From Clostridia bacterium (GTDB lineage Bacteria; Bacillota; Clostridia; Christensenellales; UBA3700): 64,000 bases of DNA. The position numbers and the translations under genes are program-made. The notes below the pieces were generated by a model. It did not search any database, had not been told where the DNA came from, and worked only from the letters and a program-made list of their open reading frames with translations. The stretch lies in assembly GCA_029060065.1 (NCBI GenBank), contig JAIDUT010000065.1:5148-69147 (forward strand), written 5' to 3'. Positions 39,198-49,148 of the stretch are shown one piece after another; within the stretch, counting starts at the first letter, position 1; the number at the start of each line of letters is the position of its first letter.

Positions 39198-40955
39198 TTA
39201 AGAGGCGTTAGAGCCTACAAATTGAGAATTATACAATTCAAAGTAGAAACCGCGCTTAGCAAGTAATTCTTCATGATTGCCTTGTTCTATTATATTGCCG
39301 TCTTTCATTACGAGAATTACGTCGCAACTTCTTATGGTCGAAAGTCTGTGCGCGACGATAAACGACGTTCTGCCTTGCATTATGCGGTAGAAAGCCTCTT
39401 GGATTTTCATTTCGGTACGCGTATCTATAGACGACGTTGCTTCGTCTAGAATGAGCATAGGCGGGTGCGTCAGCATTATACGGGCAATACAGAGAAGCTG
39501 TCTTTGACCTTGTGAAATATTGTCGCCGTTTTCCGTAAGAAGGGTATCGTACTTATCGGGAAACTTTTCGATAAAGTCGTCTGCACCTGCAAGTTTTGAC
39601 GCCTGTATTATCTCTTCTAACGTCGCGTCTTGTTTTCCGTAGGCAATATTATCTCTAATACTTCCTGCAAAAAGCCAGCTCTCTTGCAATACCATTCCGT
39701 AGCTATCTCTAAGACTGGTTCTGGTGATTTTTCGTATATCCTTGCCGGACATAGATATGCTTCCGCTATTGACGTCGTAGAATCTCATAAGCAAGTTGAT
39801 AAGGGTAGTTTTACCGCAACCTGTAGGACCTACGATTGCAATCTTTTGACCTTGTTTTACGTGTAGATTCAAGCCTTGAATGAGAGGCTTTTCAGGTACG
39901 TAGCTAAAGTATACGTTGTCAATATTCAAAGTGCCGTCGCATTTTTCAAGTACTTCATTTTGAGCGTCGCTCTCTTCGACGTCTTGGTCGAGTAGGTCGA
40001 ATATTCTTCTTGAAGCCGCCACTGCAGACTGAATTTCCGTAATGACGCTGGTTATCTCGTTGAAAGGTTTGGTATATTGGTTAGCGTACGATAGACAAGT
40101 TGAAAGCAGTCCGACTTTAAGTTCCATAGAGCCTGCTTTGAGAGCTAAGAATGCTCCCACTACGCCGACGCTTGCGTAAACCAAGTTGTTTACAAAACGC
40201 GTGCACGGATTTATCAATGCGCCGTAGAATTGCGACTTAAATCCGCAATCGTACAGTTCTTTATTGAGTTTTTCAAAGTCCTCTTGGCATATATCTTCTT
40301 GGCAGAACGCTTGAATAAGATTGCGTCCCGTAAATATTTCTTCGACGTATCCGCTGACTTCTCCGCGTTTTACCGCTTGAGCGGAAAACGTCTTGTGCGA
40401 GCGCTTTGTGATAAATGACGCGACGAAGAGCGAAAGGGGAGTAAGCACCAATACTACTAGCGCGATTATCCAATTAAGATAGAAAAGTATTCCAAGCGTA
40501 GCGCATATCGTAAGTACACCGCTAAAGAGTTGAGTAAAGCCTTGCAAAAGTCCTTCGGATACTTGGTCGATATCGCTTGATATTCGGGCAATGATATCTC
40601 CTTGACGTTGAGTATCTATATACTTCAAAGGCAAATTGTTGATATGCTCGAATAGTTGGTTGCGGATATTGCGTACGCTCTTGCAAGTAAGCGAGTTTAC
40701 GCTTGCAGACAGCGTCCATTGCGCAATAGCGCCGACGGCTATCATACCTACGATAATATAGATATAATCAAAGACTTTGTCGAAATTGACTGCGCCTTCA
40801 ATCATGTTATCAATAGCGTAACCCGTCATAAGAGGTATGAGTATAGATACAGCTACGGACAAAATCGAAGATATAAAGGAGATTATGATAAGCGGAGCGT
40901 ACGGCTTGGTATAGCCAATCAATCTAAATAACGTGCGTTGCTTTTTAGTTTTCAT
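39198..40955 (-). CDS. ABC exporter permease/ATPase fusion, consensus-site half of a heterodimer
   Basis: Six-TM domain plus an NBD. Walker A GPTGCGKTT, Walker B LILDEATSSID, H-loop VAHRLS, but a degenerate signature ISQGQRQ. Confidence 0.9.
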   Translation of the reverse strand: MKTKKQRTLFRLIGYTKPYAPLIIISFISSILSVAVSILIPLMTGYAIDNMIEGAVNFDKVFDYIYIIVGMIAVGAIAQWTLSASVNSLTCKSVRNIRNQLFEHINNLPLKYIDTQRQGDIIARISSDIDQVSEGLLQGFTQLFSGVLTICATLGILFYLNWIIALVVLVLTPLSLFVASFITKRSHKTFSAQAVKRGEVSGYVEEIFTGRNLIQAFCQEDICQEDFEKLNKELYDCGFKSQFYGALINPCTRFVNNLVYASVGVVGAFLALKAGSMELKVGLLSTCLSYANQYTKPFNEITSVITEIQSAVAASRRIFDLLDQDVEESDAQNEVLEKCDGTLNIDNVYFSYVPEKPLIQGLNLHVKQGQKIAIVGPTGCGKTTLINLLMRFYDVNSGSISMSGKDIRKITRTSLRDSYGMVLQESWLFAGSIRDNIAYGKQDATLEEIIQASKLAGADDFIEKFPDKYDTLLTENGDNISQGQRQLLCIARIMLTHPPMLILDEATSSIDTRTEMKIQEAFYRIMQGRTSFIVAHRLSTIRSCDVILVMKDGNIIEQGNHEELLAKRGFYFELYNSQFVGSNAS

Positions 40956-42705
40956 CTTTCAATACCTCCTCAGAAGCAGTTTCGCTTGGAGCCTTTTGTT
41001 GCGAGTCGTAAATTTCGCGGTAGATATCACAGGTCTGCAACAGATTGTCGTGAGTATCTATTCCCACTACGTCGCCCTTGTCAAGCACGATGATTTTATC
41101 GGCGTATTTGATAGATGTTGCGCGTTGAGAAATAATAATTTTGGTAGTGTCCTTTGGCAAGTTCTCGTTTAGCGCTTTTCTTAAAGCAAGGTCAGTAGCA
41201 AAGTCAAGCGCGCTCATACTGTCGTCGAGTATTATGATTTGCGGATTGCCCACAAGCGCTCTTGCTATGGACAATCTTTGGCGTTGACCTCCGGAGAAGT
41301 TCTTGCCCTTTTGCTGTACGGGAGCGTCTACGCCTTCGCTTTTTTGCATAACGAAGTCGTATGCTTGCGCGGTTTTTAAGGCTGTGATTATCTCTTCTTC
41401 GCTTGCGTCTTTTTTCTTCCATTGCATATTGGAGCGAATTGTTCCGCTGAAAAGCATTGCTTGCTGAGGTACAAGACCTATCTTACTTCTTAGTTGTTTC
41501 AGCGGATATTTTTTAATGTCCACGCCGTCGATTTCAAGTGTTCCTTGCGATACGTCGTAGAACCTTGGCAAGAGGTTTATAAGGGTAGATTTACCGCTAC
41601 CGGTACCGCCGATTATACCTATAGTTTCGCCCTTTTTAATATCGATAGAAAGTCCTTTGAGAGCGGGAGAACCGTTGCCGTATGCAAAAGATACGTCCTT
41701 AAATGATATGGCGGGCGCGCCTTCGACAGCCGTTACTTCTTCGTTGCCTTCGTCGGTAATCGCAGGCTTAGTCGCAAGCAATTCGCTTACGCGTTTAGCC
41801 GACGCCCACGACTTGGAGAATAAAACCATTACGTTGGCAAGCACTACTAAAGCCAAGGATATTTGCGTCATATAGTTGATAAACGCTATTAGTTCGCCTT
41901 GAGTGAGATTGCCGGTGTTTATCTTATTTCCGCCAACGTATAGAAGACCGACGATTGCCACGTTTATAATAACGAAAGAGAGGGGATTGAGAAGCGCGGA
42001 AACGCGACCTATGGCAATTACGCTCTTGGAGTATGCTTGCGTAGAATCCTCAAAGCGTTTTTGTTCTCTTTCCTGTTCCGTAAATGCTCTGACGACTCTC
42101 ATTCCGTTGAGGTCCTCTCTGGCGATTGCAGTAATCTTGTCGAGTTTCTTTTGATTTTTGGTGTATACCGGCAATGTCTTTGACATAATAAGCCACAGTA
42201 CCAAAGCTACCAAAGGAGCGGTAACAAGGAATATCCAACACATTGACGGCTTGAGTATGATAGCCGATACGGTTGCTCCGATTACTAGGAAAGGCGCGCG
42301 GATAGCAAGACGTATCAACATCGCTACGCCAAGTTGTACTTGGTTGATATCGCTGTTAAAACGCGTAACCATAGAGGATACGCCGTATTCATCGCTGTTG
42401 CTCATAGATAGGTTGTTGATATGATAAAATAATACGTTGCGAAGTTCCGTACCGAAGCCTTGCGAACATCTTGAAGCTACGTATTGACAAAACAGAGCTG
42501 AGCCCAAGCCTACTACGGCAAGCAATACCAATACACCGCCCATTTGCCAAATATAAGTTTTGTTATTACCGTTGATTCCATTGTCGATAAGTTGCGCCAT
42601 TACTATGGGAACGATAAGCTCGAATATAGCTTCCAACAGCTTAAATATAGGTCCCAATATCAAATGCTTTTTATATTTCTTTAAGTACGGATAAAGATTT
42701 GACAT
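40945..42705 (-). CDS. ABC exporter permease/ATPase fusion, degenerate-site half of a heterodimer
   Basis: Walker A GGTGSGKST and canonical signature FSGGQRQR. Walker B is IILDDSMSALD (Asp replaces the catalytic Glu). The H-loop His is replaced (IISQRAT). Overlaps the partner gene by 11 nt. Confidence 0.9.
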   Translation of the reverse strand: MSNLYPYLKKYKKHLILGPIFKLLEAIFELIVPIVMAQLIDNGINGNNKTYIWQMGGVLVLLAVVGLGSALFCQYVASRCSQGFGTELRNVLFYHINNLSMSNSDEYGVSSMVTRFNSDINQVQLGVAMLIRLAIRAPFLVIGATVSAIILKPSMCWIFLVTAPLVALVLWLIMSKTLPVYTKNQKKLDKITAIAREDLNGMRVVRAFTEQEREQKRFEDSTQAYSKSVIAIGRVSALLNPLSFVIINVAIVGLLYVGGNKINTGNLTQGELIAFINYMTQISLALVVLANVMVLFSKSWASAKRVSELLATKPAITDEGNEEVTAVEGAPAISFKDVSFAYGNGSPALKGLSIDIKKGETIGIIGGTGSGKSTLINLLPRFYDVSQGTLEIDGVDIKKYPLKQLRSKIGLVPQQAMLFSGTIRSNMQWKKKDASEEEIITALKTAQAYDFVMQKSEGVDAPVQQKGKNFSGGQRQRLSIARALVGNPQIIILDDSMSALDFATDLALRKALNENLPKDTTKIIISQRATSIKYADKIIVLDKGDVVGIDTHDNLLQTCDIYREIYDSQQKAPSETASEEVLKDEN

Positions 42706-42810
42706 AAATTACCATTCCTTTATTGACTATCAATTAAAATTATTATAAAATATTATATAATGTAAAAGATAATAATGCAACAAAATATAAGATAATTTAA
42801 CGAGGTTAGG

Positions 42811-44715
42811 ATGAAAGACGGCTTTATAAAATGCGGATCGGCGTCAATAGACGTGACGGTAGGAGATTGCGAGCAAAATGCAAAAAATATAGTTAAGGCT
42901 ATACTCGACGCGGACAAGCTGGGTATTAAACTTTTGGCGTTGCCGGAAATGTGCGTATGCGGTTATACGTGCGGTGATCTTCTTTTGCACGACACTCTTT
43001 TGGACGGGGTTGAAAAAGCAATAGAGAAAATATTGAAGTCTACCGCAAAGGCTGATGTCGTGGCAGTTGTAGGCGCTCCGCTTAGGAACGGCGGTAAACT
43101 CTTTAACTGCTCAGTTGTAATTTACAAGGGAGAAATTATGGGAGTAGTTCCCAAACAAAATATACCAAATTACGGCGAGTTCTACGAAGCGAGATATTTC
43201 ACAAGCGGAAAGTTTTCCGACTTTGATAAAATAACGGTAGCAGGCAGAAATTGCGAATTCGGACAGAGAGTATTTCGCAATGAGAATCTAAAAGACTTTT
43301 CTTTCGGAGTGGAAATCTGCGAAGATATGTGGGTGGCAAATTCGCCGTCTGTTGCATTGACGGAAAACGGAGCTAATATTATAGTCAACCTCTCCGCAAG
43401 CGACGAAGTTGTAGGAAAAACCGAGTATAGACGCGGACTTATTACTGCGCAATCGGGCAAACTCAATTGCGGATATATCTACGCAAGCGCCGGCGAGGGC
43501 GAGTCGACGACAGATATGGTATTTGCAGGTCATAACGTAATTGCAGAATGCGGAAACGTACTTGAGGAGAGCGATTTATTTGAAAACTCTCTTATATATT
43601 CCGATATAGACGTCAAGCGTATCGCGTATGAAAAAAGACGTATCAATACCTTAAAGTTGAAGAACGATATAAAAGAAGTAGTTATCTCTCAAGCACTGTC
43701 AGTTAATAAATTGACAAGGAATTTTTCTCCTATGCCTTTTGTTCCTAGCGATGAGAATAGTCGCAACGAAAGATGCGAACTCATACTCAAAATGCAGGCT
43801 ATGGGATTGAAAAAACGATTGTCACACACCGGCTCGAAAAAAGTCGTAGTGGGATTGTCGGGCGGACTTGACAGCGCGCTTGCCTTGCTTGTAATCGTAA
43901 AGGCGATAGACGCTCTTAAAATGGATAGAAAGAGCATATTAGCGGTAACAATGCCGTGTTTCGGCACGACGAGTCGTACTAAGTCTAACGCCGAAGTTTT
44001 AGCAAACGGCTTGGGCGTAGACTTCGCAAGCGTGAATATCTCCAAATCGGTGGAAAGCCACTTTGTAGATATCGGACAGTCAAAAGATACTCTTGACATC
44101 ACGTTTGAAAACGCGCAGGCGAGAGAGCGTACGCAAGTGCTTATGGATATTGCAAATAAAGAGGGCGGACTTGTAGTAGGTACGGGCGATTTGTCGGAAC
44201 TTGCTTTAGGGTGGGCGACCTACAACGGCGACCATATGTCCATGTACGGCGTCAACGGCTCTATTCCCAAAACCTTGGTGAGATATCTCGTCAAGTACTA
44301 CGCCGACACTTGCGATAATGAGGACGTGCGCAAAGCTCTACTCGATATTCTTGACACTCCCGTAAGTCCTGAACTATTGCCGTCTAAGGGCGAGGAAATA
44401 GCTCAACAGACAGAGAGTATCGTAGGACCTTACGAGTTGCACGACTTTTTCTTATACTATATAATTCGTTGGGGATATTCTCCAAAGAAAGTGTATAGAA
44501 TTGCAATAAATACTTTTGAGGGGAGATATGATAAGGAAGTCATACTAAAATGGCTTAAGAATTTCTATAAGAGATTCTTTGCTCAGCAATTCAAGCGCTC
44601 CTGCTTACCCGACGGACCGAAAGTGGGTAGCGTAACGCTCTCGCCGAGAGGGGACTGGAGAATGCCTAGCGACGCAAGCGCTAAATTGTGGCTTGAGGAG
44701 TTGGAAACGCTGTAA
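42811..44715 (+). CDS. nadE: Glutamine-dependent NAD+ synthetase (long form, CN-hydrolase + synthetase domains)
   Basis: N-terminal nitrilase-like domain (LALPEMCVCGYTCGDL, EICEDMW). PP-loop GLSGGLDS. 634 aa. Confidence 0.9.
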   Translation: MKDGFIKCGSASIDVTVGDCEQNAKNIVKAILDADKLGIKLLALPEMCVCGYTCGDLLLHDTLLDGVEKAIEKILKSTAKADVVAVVGAPLRNGGKLFNCSVVIYKGEIMGVVPKQNIPNYGEFYEARYFTSGKFSDFDKITVAGRNCEFGQRVFRNENLKDFSFGVEICEDMWVANSPSVALTENGANIIVNLSASDEVVGKTEYRRGLITAQSGKLNCGYIYASAGEGESTTDMVFAGHNVIAECGNVLEESDLFENSLIYSDIDVKRIAYEKRRINTLKLKNDIKEVVISQALSVNKLTRNFSPMPFVPSDENSRNERCELILKMQAMGLKKRLSHTGSKKVVVGLSGGLDSALALLVIVKAIDALKMDRKSILAVTMPCFGTTSRTKSNAEVLANGLGVDFASVNISKSVESHFVDIGQSKDTLDITFENAQARERTQVLMDIANKEGGLVVGTGDLSELALGWATYNGDHMSMYGVNGSIPKTLVRYLVKYYADTCDNEDVRKALLDILDTPVSPELLPSKGEEIAQQTESIVGPYELHDFFLYYIIRWGYSPKKVYRIAINTFEGRYDKEVILKWLKNFYKRFFAQQFKRSCLPDGPKVGSVTLSPRGDWRMPSDASAKLWLEELETL

Positions 44716-44744
44716 ACTCAACTGAAGAGGATTTATATTATAAC

Positions 44745-44769
44745 GTCATTTCACCGTAGAGGAGAAAGC
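44745..44769 (+). repeat. Possible degenerate copy of the dispersed small repeat
   Basis: GTCATTTCACCGTAGAGGAGAAAGC shares the GTCATTTC start and a GGAGAAA block with copy A. Lies 30 nt after the nadE stop. Confidence 0.3.
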
Positions 44770-44781
44770 TTAAGTAAAATA

Positions 44782-44811
44782 AAAAGAGTGTACTTGATAG
44801 TACACTCTTTT
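44782..44811. terminator. Bidirectional terminator
   Basis: AAAAGAGTGTACT-tgat-AGTACACTCTTTT. Confidence 0.75.
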
Positions 44812-44830
44812 AAGTTTTCAGTTATTTCGA

Positions 44831-45862
44831 TTATTTGATACCTGCTTTAATTGAAGCCGTAACGGAATCATCTTGGTCAGCCATAGAGTAGCTGAATACT
44901 ATCTTGGATACGCTTTGAGCCGAACCCTTGTAGACGGATTGGATAGTACCGCTCCAGCTCTCGTTTACATAGTATTGCTTAGCAAGACCGCACTCCCAAA
45001 TTTGAACTACTAGATCGCAGTATTCGTATTTCATGCCTTTTCCGCCGTTGTCATTCTCTAGCATTCCAATCGTCGAATTTTCCGTCTTCTTGTCATCAAA
45101 GGATGCATTGTCAGCGTTAGCTTTTGCTACGTCGATGGAGAATGTCAACTCGTAATACTTGTTGCCGTTGTCGTCGGTTTTGCTTTCGATTTTAGCGCCT
45201 TCGCTCTTTACGATGCCTTCGACTTTCCAATTGATGCAAGTCTTTCTTGCTTCGGCATAACTTCTCGAATCCTTTGCGTTTTCATCTCGATTCCAGTTGG
45301 AGGACTTTTGCTTCTTCCATGTTTCAACCTCTAAAAGACCTGTCTTTTCGTTGTAAACTATATCCGACTTGTTGCTCATTCTATAATACTTACCGCCGGT
45401 AACGTATCTAATATCGGCGCTTGTAACGAACATTGCTTCAGCAATAAAATTATGATTAACCGGAAGTTTGAGGGTCCAGTCGTCTTTGATTTTATCGCTT
45501 TGTCTTCTCAATCTTTGGTAAACTAATTGACCGTGATTGTTATTAAGTTTGGTTTCGCCGACTCTATCGATAAAGTAAGCGAAGTATTCGCAGTCAATTT
45601 CGTTATAGATAGACCTATACATTGCCGAAGCAATCTTCTCTGAATCGCTCAAAGAATCGTCGGCCAATATTTCAGCCACGTTTCTTGATATTGAGTTCAT
45701 TGAAGCAACATTAGTAGCGTCGGGGTATTTAAGATAGTCTGCAAGTACCGTTGAATAGTCGATTTCAACGATTTTAACGTTTTGACCATTACAAGCGACA
45801 AAACTAAAACATAACGTCAAAGCTAGCGCCAAAATTAAAGTTACAGATAAAAATTTTTTCAT
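44831..45862 (-). CDS. Lipoprotein of unknown function
   Basis: Signal peptide plus a lipobox (SFVAC). 343 aa with no recognisable catalytic motif. RBS AAGGGAGA. Confidence 0.6.
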   Translation of the reverse strand: MKKFLSVTLILALALTLCFSFVACNGQNVKIVEIDYSTVLADYLKYPDATNVASMNSISRNVAEILADDSLSDSEKIASAMYRSIYNEIDCEYFAYFIDRVGETKLNNNHGQLVYQRLRRQSDKIKDDWTLKLPVNHNFIAEAMFVTSADIRYVTGGKYYRMSNKSDIVYNEKTGLLEVETWKKQKSSNWNRDENAKDSRSYAEARKTCINWKVEGIVKSEGAKIESKTDDNGNKYYELTFSIDVAKANADNASFDDKKTENSTIGMLENDNGGKGMKYEYCDLVVQIWECGLAKQYYVNESWSGTIQSVYKGSAQSVSKIVFSYSMADQDDSVTASIKAGIK

Positions 45863-45992
45863 AAAATTCTCCCTTTATTCGATAAAATCGAAGTTACTCA
45901 TATAAATAGTATAAATTCTCTATTTATAAAAGTCAATATATTTTTTGACGAAATTATGGACAAAGTGGGGAGTGAAAGGCTTAAATTTACTA

Positions 45993-46021
45993 TTGACACT
46001 CACTTAAAAAATAGTTATAAT
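45993..46021 (+). promoter_or_regulatory. Promoter (TTGACA-17-TATAAT) for the GH38 gene
   Basis: Consensus hexamers at 45993-45998 and 46016-46021. Confidence 0.55.
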
Positions 46022-46072
46022 TATTATATAAATATTTTATCAGTATAATAAATAAAAACTAACAGGTGTTCT

Positions 46073-49033
46073 ATGGTAGAAAGAATTGCGCTTTATCCTC
46101 AACACGTTGCAAGGCTTCTTGCAATAAGAAGCAAGATATATACAGTCGTAGGTCATATGACGTGCGAGGCGTCTTTGAGCAAAGAGCCTATTCCCAAAAA
46201 TATGCTTGACAAAGCTAGTTTTACTCCTTTCAATACGGGGACAATATGGGGCAGTGATTTTGACTGCGCTTGGTTTAAGTTCAAAGGACAAGTACCCCAA
46301 GATTGCAAAGGCAAAAAGGTAGTTGCGCTCATCAACGTACAGGGCGAAGGCTTGGTATATATAGACGGAGAGCCTAAGCAGGGTATTACGCAAGTGCTAG
46401 ACGGCATAGACCTCGTTCAGTCAGCCAAGGGTAAGCAAGTCGTAGATTTGTTCGATTCCGCAGAGGGCGGAGAAAACGTCGAACTTCTCGTAGATTGCGG
46501 TTTCAACGGAAAACGCAATAAAAGCGGGGTTAAGGTAAAACTTGCTCGCAAGGACTTGGCTATATGCAATGACGAAGTTAAGACGTATTATTACGATTAT
46601 CTTCAACTTCTTATGGTAATGCTCACCTATGGCAAAAATAAGCATTTGAGCGAAGAGAGATTAAAAGAGATAGACAAGGCGCTAAATCAGTCTTATAAAC
46701 TTGCCAAGAACAGTATGACAAAAGCGCACGAATATTTGGCGAAGATTATTACGACTCCTGTTGACGCTAAGGTCACGGAGTACACCGCTATCGGACACGC
46801 TCACATAGATTTAGCTTGGCTTTGGCCTGTGAGAGAAACAAAACGCAAGGGTACGCGCACGTTCGCGACTGCGCTCAACAATATAGATAAATATCCCAAT
46901 TATATATTTGGAGCATCGCAAGCCCAACTGTTTGATTGGATAAAACAAGAAGAGCCGATTTTGTTCGAGAGAGTAAAAAAGGCGGTTGCCGACGGCAGAA
47001 TAGAATTGCAGGGCGGAATGTGGACGGAAAACGATTGCAATATACCTAACGGCGAAAGTATTATCAGACAGTTTTTATACGGCGAAAAGTTCTTCAAAGA
47101 CGAGTTTGGCAAAACTTGCAAAATGGTATGGCTTCCCGACGTGTTCGGCTATCCTGCGTCGCTTCCGCAGATTATGCGCAAATGCGGAAGAGATTATTTT
47201 ATGACTATCAAATTGTCTTGGAATAACGTCAACAAATTCCCGTACAAGACTTTTATGTGGAAGGGTATCGACGGGACGGAGATATTGTCGCACTTAGCTC
47301 CGCAAGGCAATTACAATTCTACGGCGTCGCCGATGGCGATAACCAAGTCGGACAACGGAAATACTCAAGCCGAGGAAATCGACAAGGCTTTGCTTATCTA
47401 CGGTATAGGCGACGGAGGTGGCGGTCCCGGCGAAGCGCATCTTGAAATGCTTGAGAGAGAAGTCAACGAAAATGGAATGTGCAAAGTCGTACGTCGTCCT
47501 GCTCAGCAACTTTTTGACGATTTGAAGAGTGAATACTGCGAGGTTATGCCATCTTATGACGGCGAGTTATATCTTGAGAAGCACCAAGGCACTTACACCT
47601 CGCAAGCAAATAACAAACTATACAATAGACGCATGGAAGAGGCTTTGCATACTTTGGAATGGCTTATGGCTGTCGCAAAGGTCAAAGGCGTAGAATACGA
47701 CTGTCCGCTTCTTGAGGAAATATGGAAAGAAACTTTGTTATATCAATTTCATGACATTATTCCGGGTTCGTCTATCAACAGAGTATACGTTGAGTCGGTG
47801 GCTAGATATAAGGAGATGTATAAGCAAGTTAATGAGTATATCGACAACATCTTGCAGTCTTTGACGGCAAACGGAGTTTTGGGCGCGGTCAACACAATAG
47901 GTTTTGACAGACAAGAATACGTCAAGGCTAACAACGTATGGTACAAAACGGACGTCAAAGCATACTCTTCGGCATCACTTAACTTTATCGACAGCGAGGA
48001 TACGGCAGGCTTAGTCAGAGGCAGGGATTTTATTCAAAATGACAAAGTCAAAGTTTATTTTGCCAAAGACGGCAGTATTAATTCTCTTGTTGATTTGACG
48101 AATAATAAAGAACTTTGCGGAGAATATCTCAATAGACTTACGGTATATTCCGACCCTAAATTGTATTACAATGCATGGGATATAAATATGAAGTATACCA
48201 ATATGCGCAAGTGGCAATTCAAGCTCATAAAACATAAATCGTATATCGACGGCGTAAAGGTCGTAATGGAAAATACCTACACCTTCAAAGACAGCGCGAT
48301 TATCCAAAGGGTTATTTTGACAAAGGGAAGTTCCGCGGTAGTTTTTGACTCCAAAGTAGATTGGAAAGAGGCTTACAAGATGTTGCGCGCAGATTTCCGA
48401 CCGAGCGTATATTCCGACACTGTAAATTGCGATATTCAATTCGGCAATTTCGATAGGTCTACGCTAGAGGATACTTCTGTGAGAAAAGCGCAATTTGAGA
48501 TATGCGCGCATAAGTTTGTCAACGTGGACGACGGCGACTACGGCGTTGCTCTTCTAAATAATTGCAAGTACGGTTATAGGGTTAAGAACGGACTTATATC
48601 TCTCAACCTCTTGCGTTCGCCAAAAAATCCTGACCCTAAGTGCGATATGGGCGAGCATAATTTTACATACGTCTTCTATCCGCACGAAGGCAAGTGGCAG
48701 GAATGCGACGTAGTCAAATACGGTTACGCTCTCAACAATCCGTTAATTGTCAAAGAACAAGCGCCAGAGCTTGACAACCTCTTTGAGATAGTCGGCGACG
48801 TGATATTGGAAACGGTTAAAGTTAGCGAGGACGGCAAGGGTATAGTCGCAAGAATATACGAAAGATACGGTAAAGATTGCAACGTGACTATAAATCCGAG
48901 ATTTGACTGCAAAAAGGTCTACGAGAGCAATATGATAGAAGACGACTTGCGCGAAGTTCAAAGCAATGAATTTAACTTTGGAAAGTACGAAGTTAAGACG
49001 TTGAAGTTCGAGTTTGACGAGAAGCGAGGCTAG
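46073..49033 (+). CDS. Glycoside hydrolase family 38 alpha-mannosidase
   Basis: GHAHIDLAWLWP motif, WLPDVFGY and QFHDIIPGSS blocks. 986 aa. Confidence 0.85.
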   Translation: MVERIALYPQHVARLLAIRSKIYTVVGHMTCEASLSKEPIPKNMLDKASFTPFNTGTIWGSDFDCAWFKFKGQVPQDCKGKKVVALINVQGEGLVYIDGEPKQGITQVLDGIDLVQSAKGKQVVDLFDSAEGGENVELLVDCGFNGKRNKSGVKVKLARKDLAICNDEVKTYYYDYLQLLMVMLTYGKNKHLSEERLKEIDKALNQSYKLAKNSMTKAHEYLAKIITTPVDAKVTEYTAIGHAHIDLAWLWPVRETKRKGTRTFATALNNIDKYPNYIFGASQAQLFDWIKQEEPILFERVKKAVADGRIELQGGMWTENDCNIPNGESIIRQFLYGEKFFKDEFGKTCKMVWLPDVFGYPASLPQIMRKCGRDYFMTIKLSWNNVNKFPYKTFMWKGIDGTEILSHLAPQGNYNSTASPMAITKSDNGNTQAEEIDKALLIYGIGDGGGGPGEAHLEMLEREVNENGMCKVVRRPAQQLFDDLKSEYCEVMPSYDGELYLEKHQGTYTSQANNKLYNRRMEEALHTLEWLMAVAKVKGVEYDCPLLEEIWKETLLYQFHDIIPGSSINRVYVESVARYKEMYKQVNEYIDNILQSLTANGVLGAVNTIGFDRQEYVKANNVWYKTDVKAYSSASLNFIDSEDTAGLVRGRDFIQNDKVKVYFAKDGSINSLVDLTNNKELCGEYLNRLTVYSDPKLYYNAWDINMKYTNMRKWQFKLIKHKSYIDGVKVVMENTYTFKDSAIIQRVILTKGSSAVVFDSKVDWKEAYKMLRADFRPSVYSDTVNCDIQFGNFDRSTLEDTSVRKAQFEICAHKFVNVDDGDYGVALLNNCKYGYRVKNGLISLNLLRSPKNPDPKCDMGEHNFTYVFYPHEGKWQECDVVKYGYALNNPLIVKEQAPELDNLFEIVGDVILETVKVSEDGKGIVARIYERYGKDCNVTINPRFDCKKVYESNMIEDDLREVQSNEFNFGKYEVKTLKFEFDEKRG

Positions 49034-49052
49034 GATTAAAGACAATTCTAAT

Positions 49053-49084
49053 GTCATTTCGAGCGAAGTCTGAAATCTCAACCG
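49053..49084 (+). repeat. Dispersed small repeat, copy B (GTCATTTCGAGCGAAGTCTGAAATCTCAACCG)
   Basis: Begins 20 nt after the GH38 stop. Internal complementarity ATTTC/GAAAT. Matches copy A, and copy D in reverse. Confidence 0.6.
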
Positions 49085-49103
49085 TATAAAAATAAACGAC
49101 GAA

Positions 49104-49129
49104 AAAAAGGAGCTGTTCGCTCCTTTTTT
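49104..49129. terminator. Bidirectional terminator
   Basis: AAAAAGGAGC-tgttc-GCTCCTTTTTT. Confidence 0.65.
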
Positions 49130-49148
49130 ACTTTTGATTTGATTTGTT

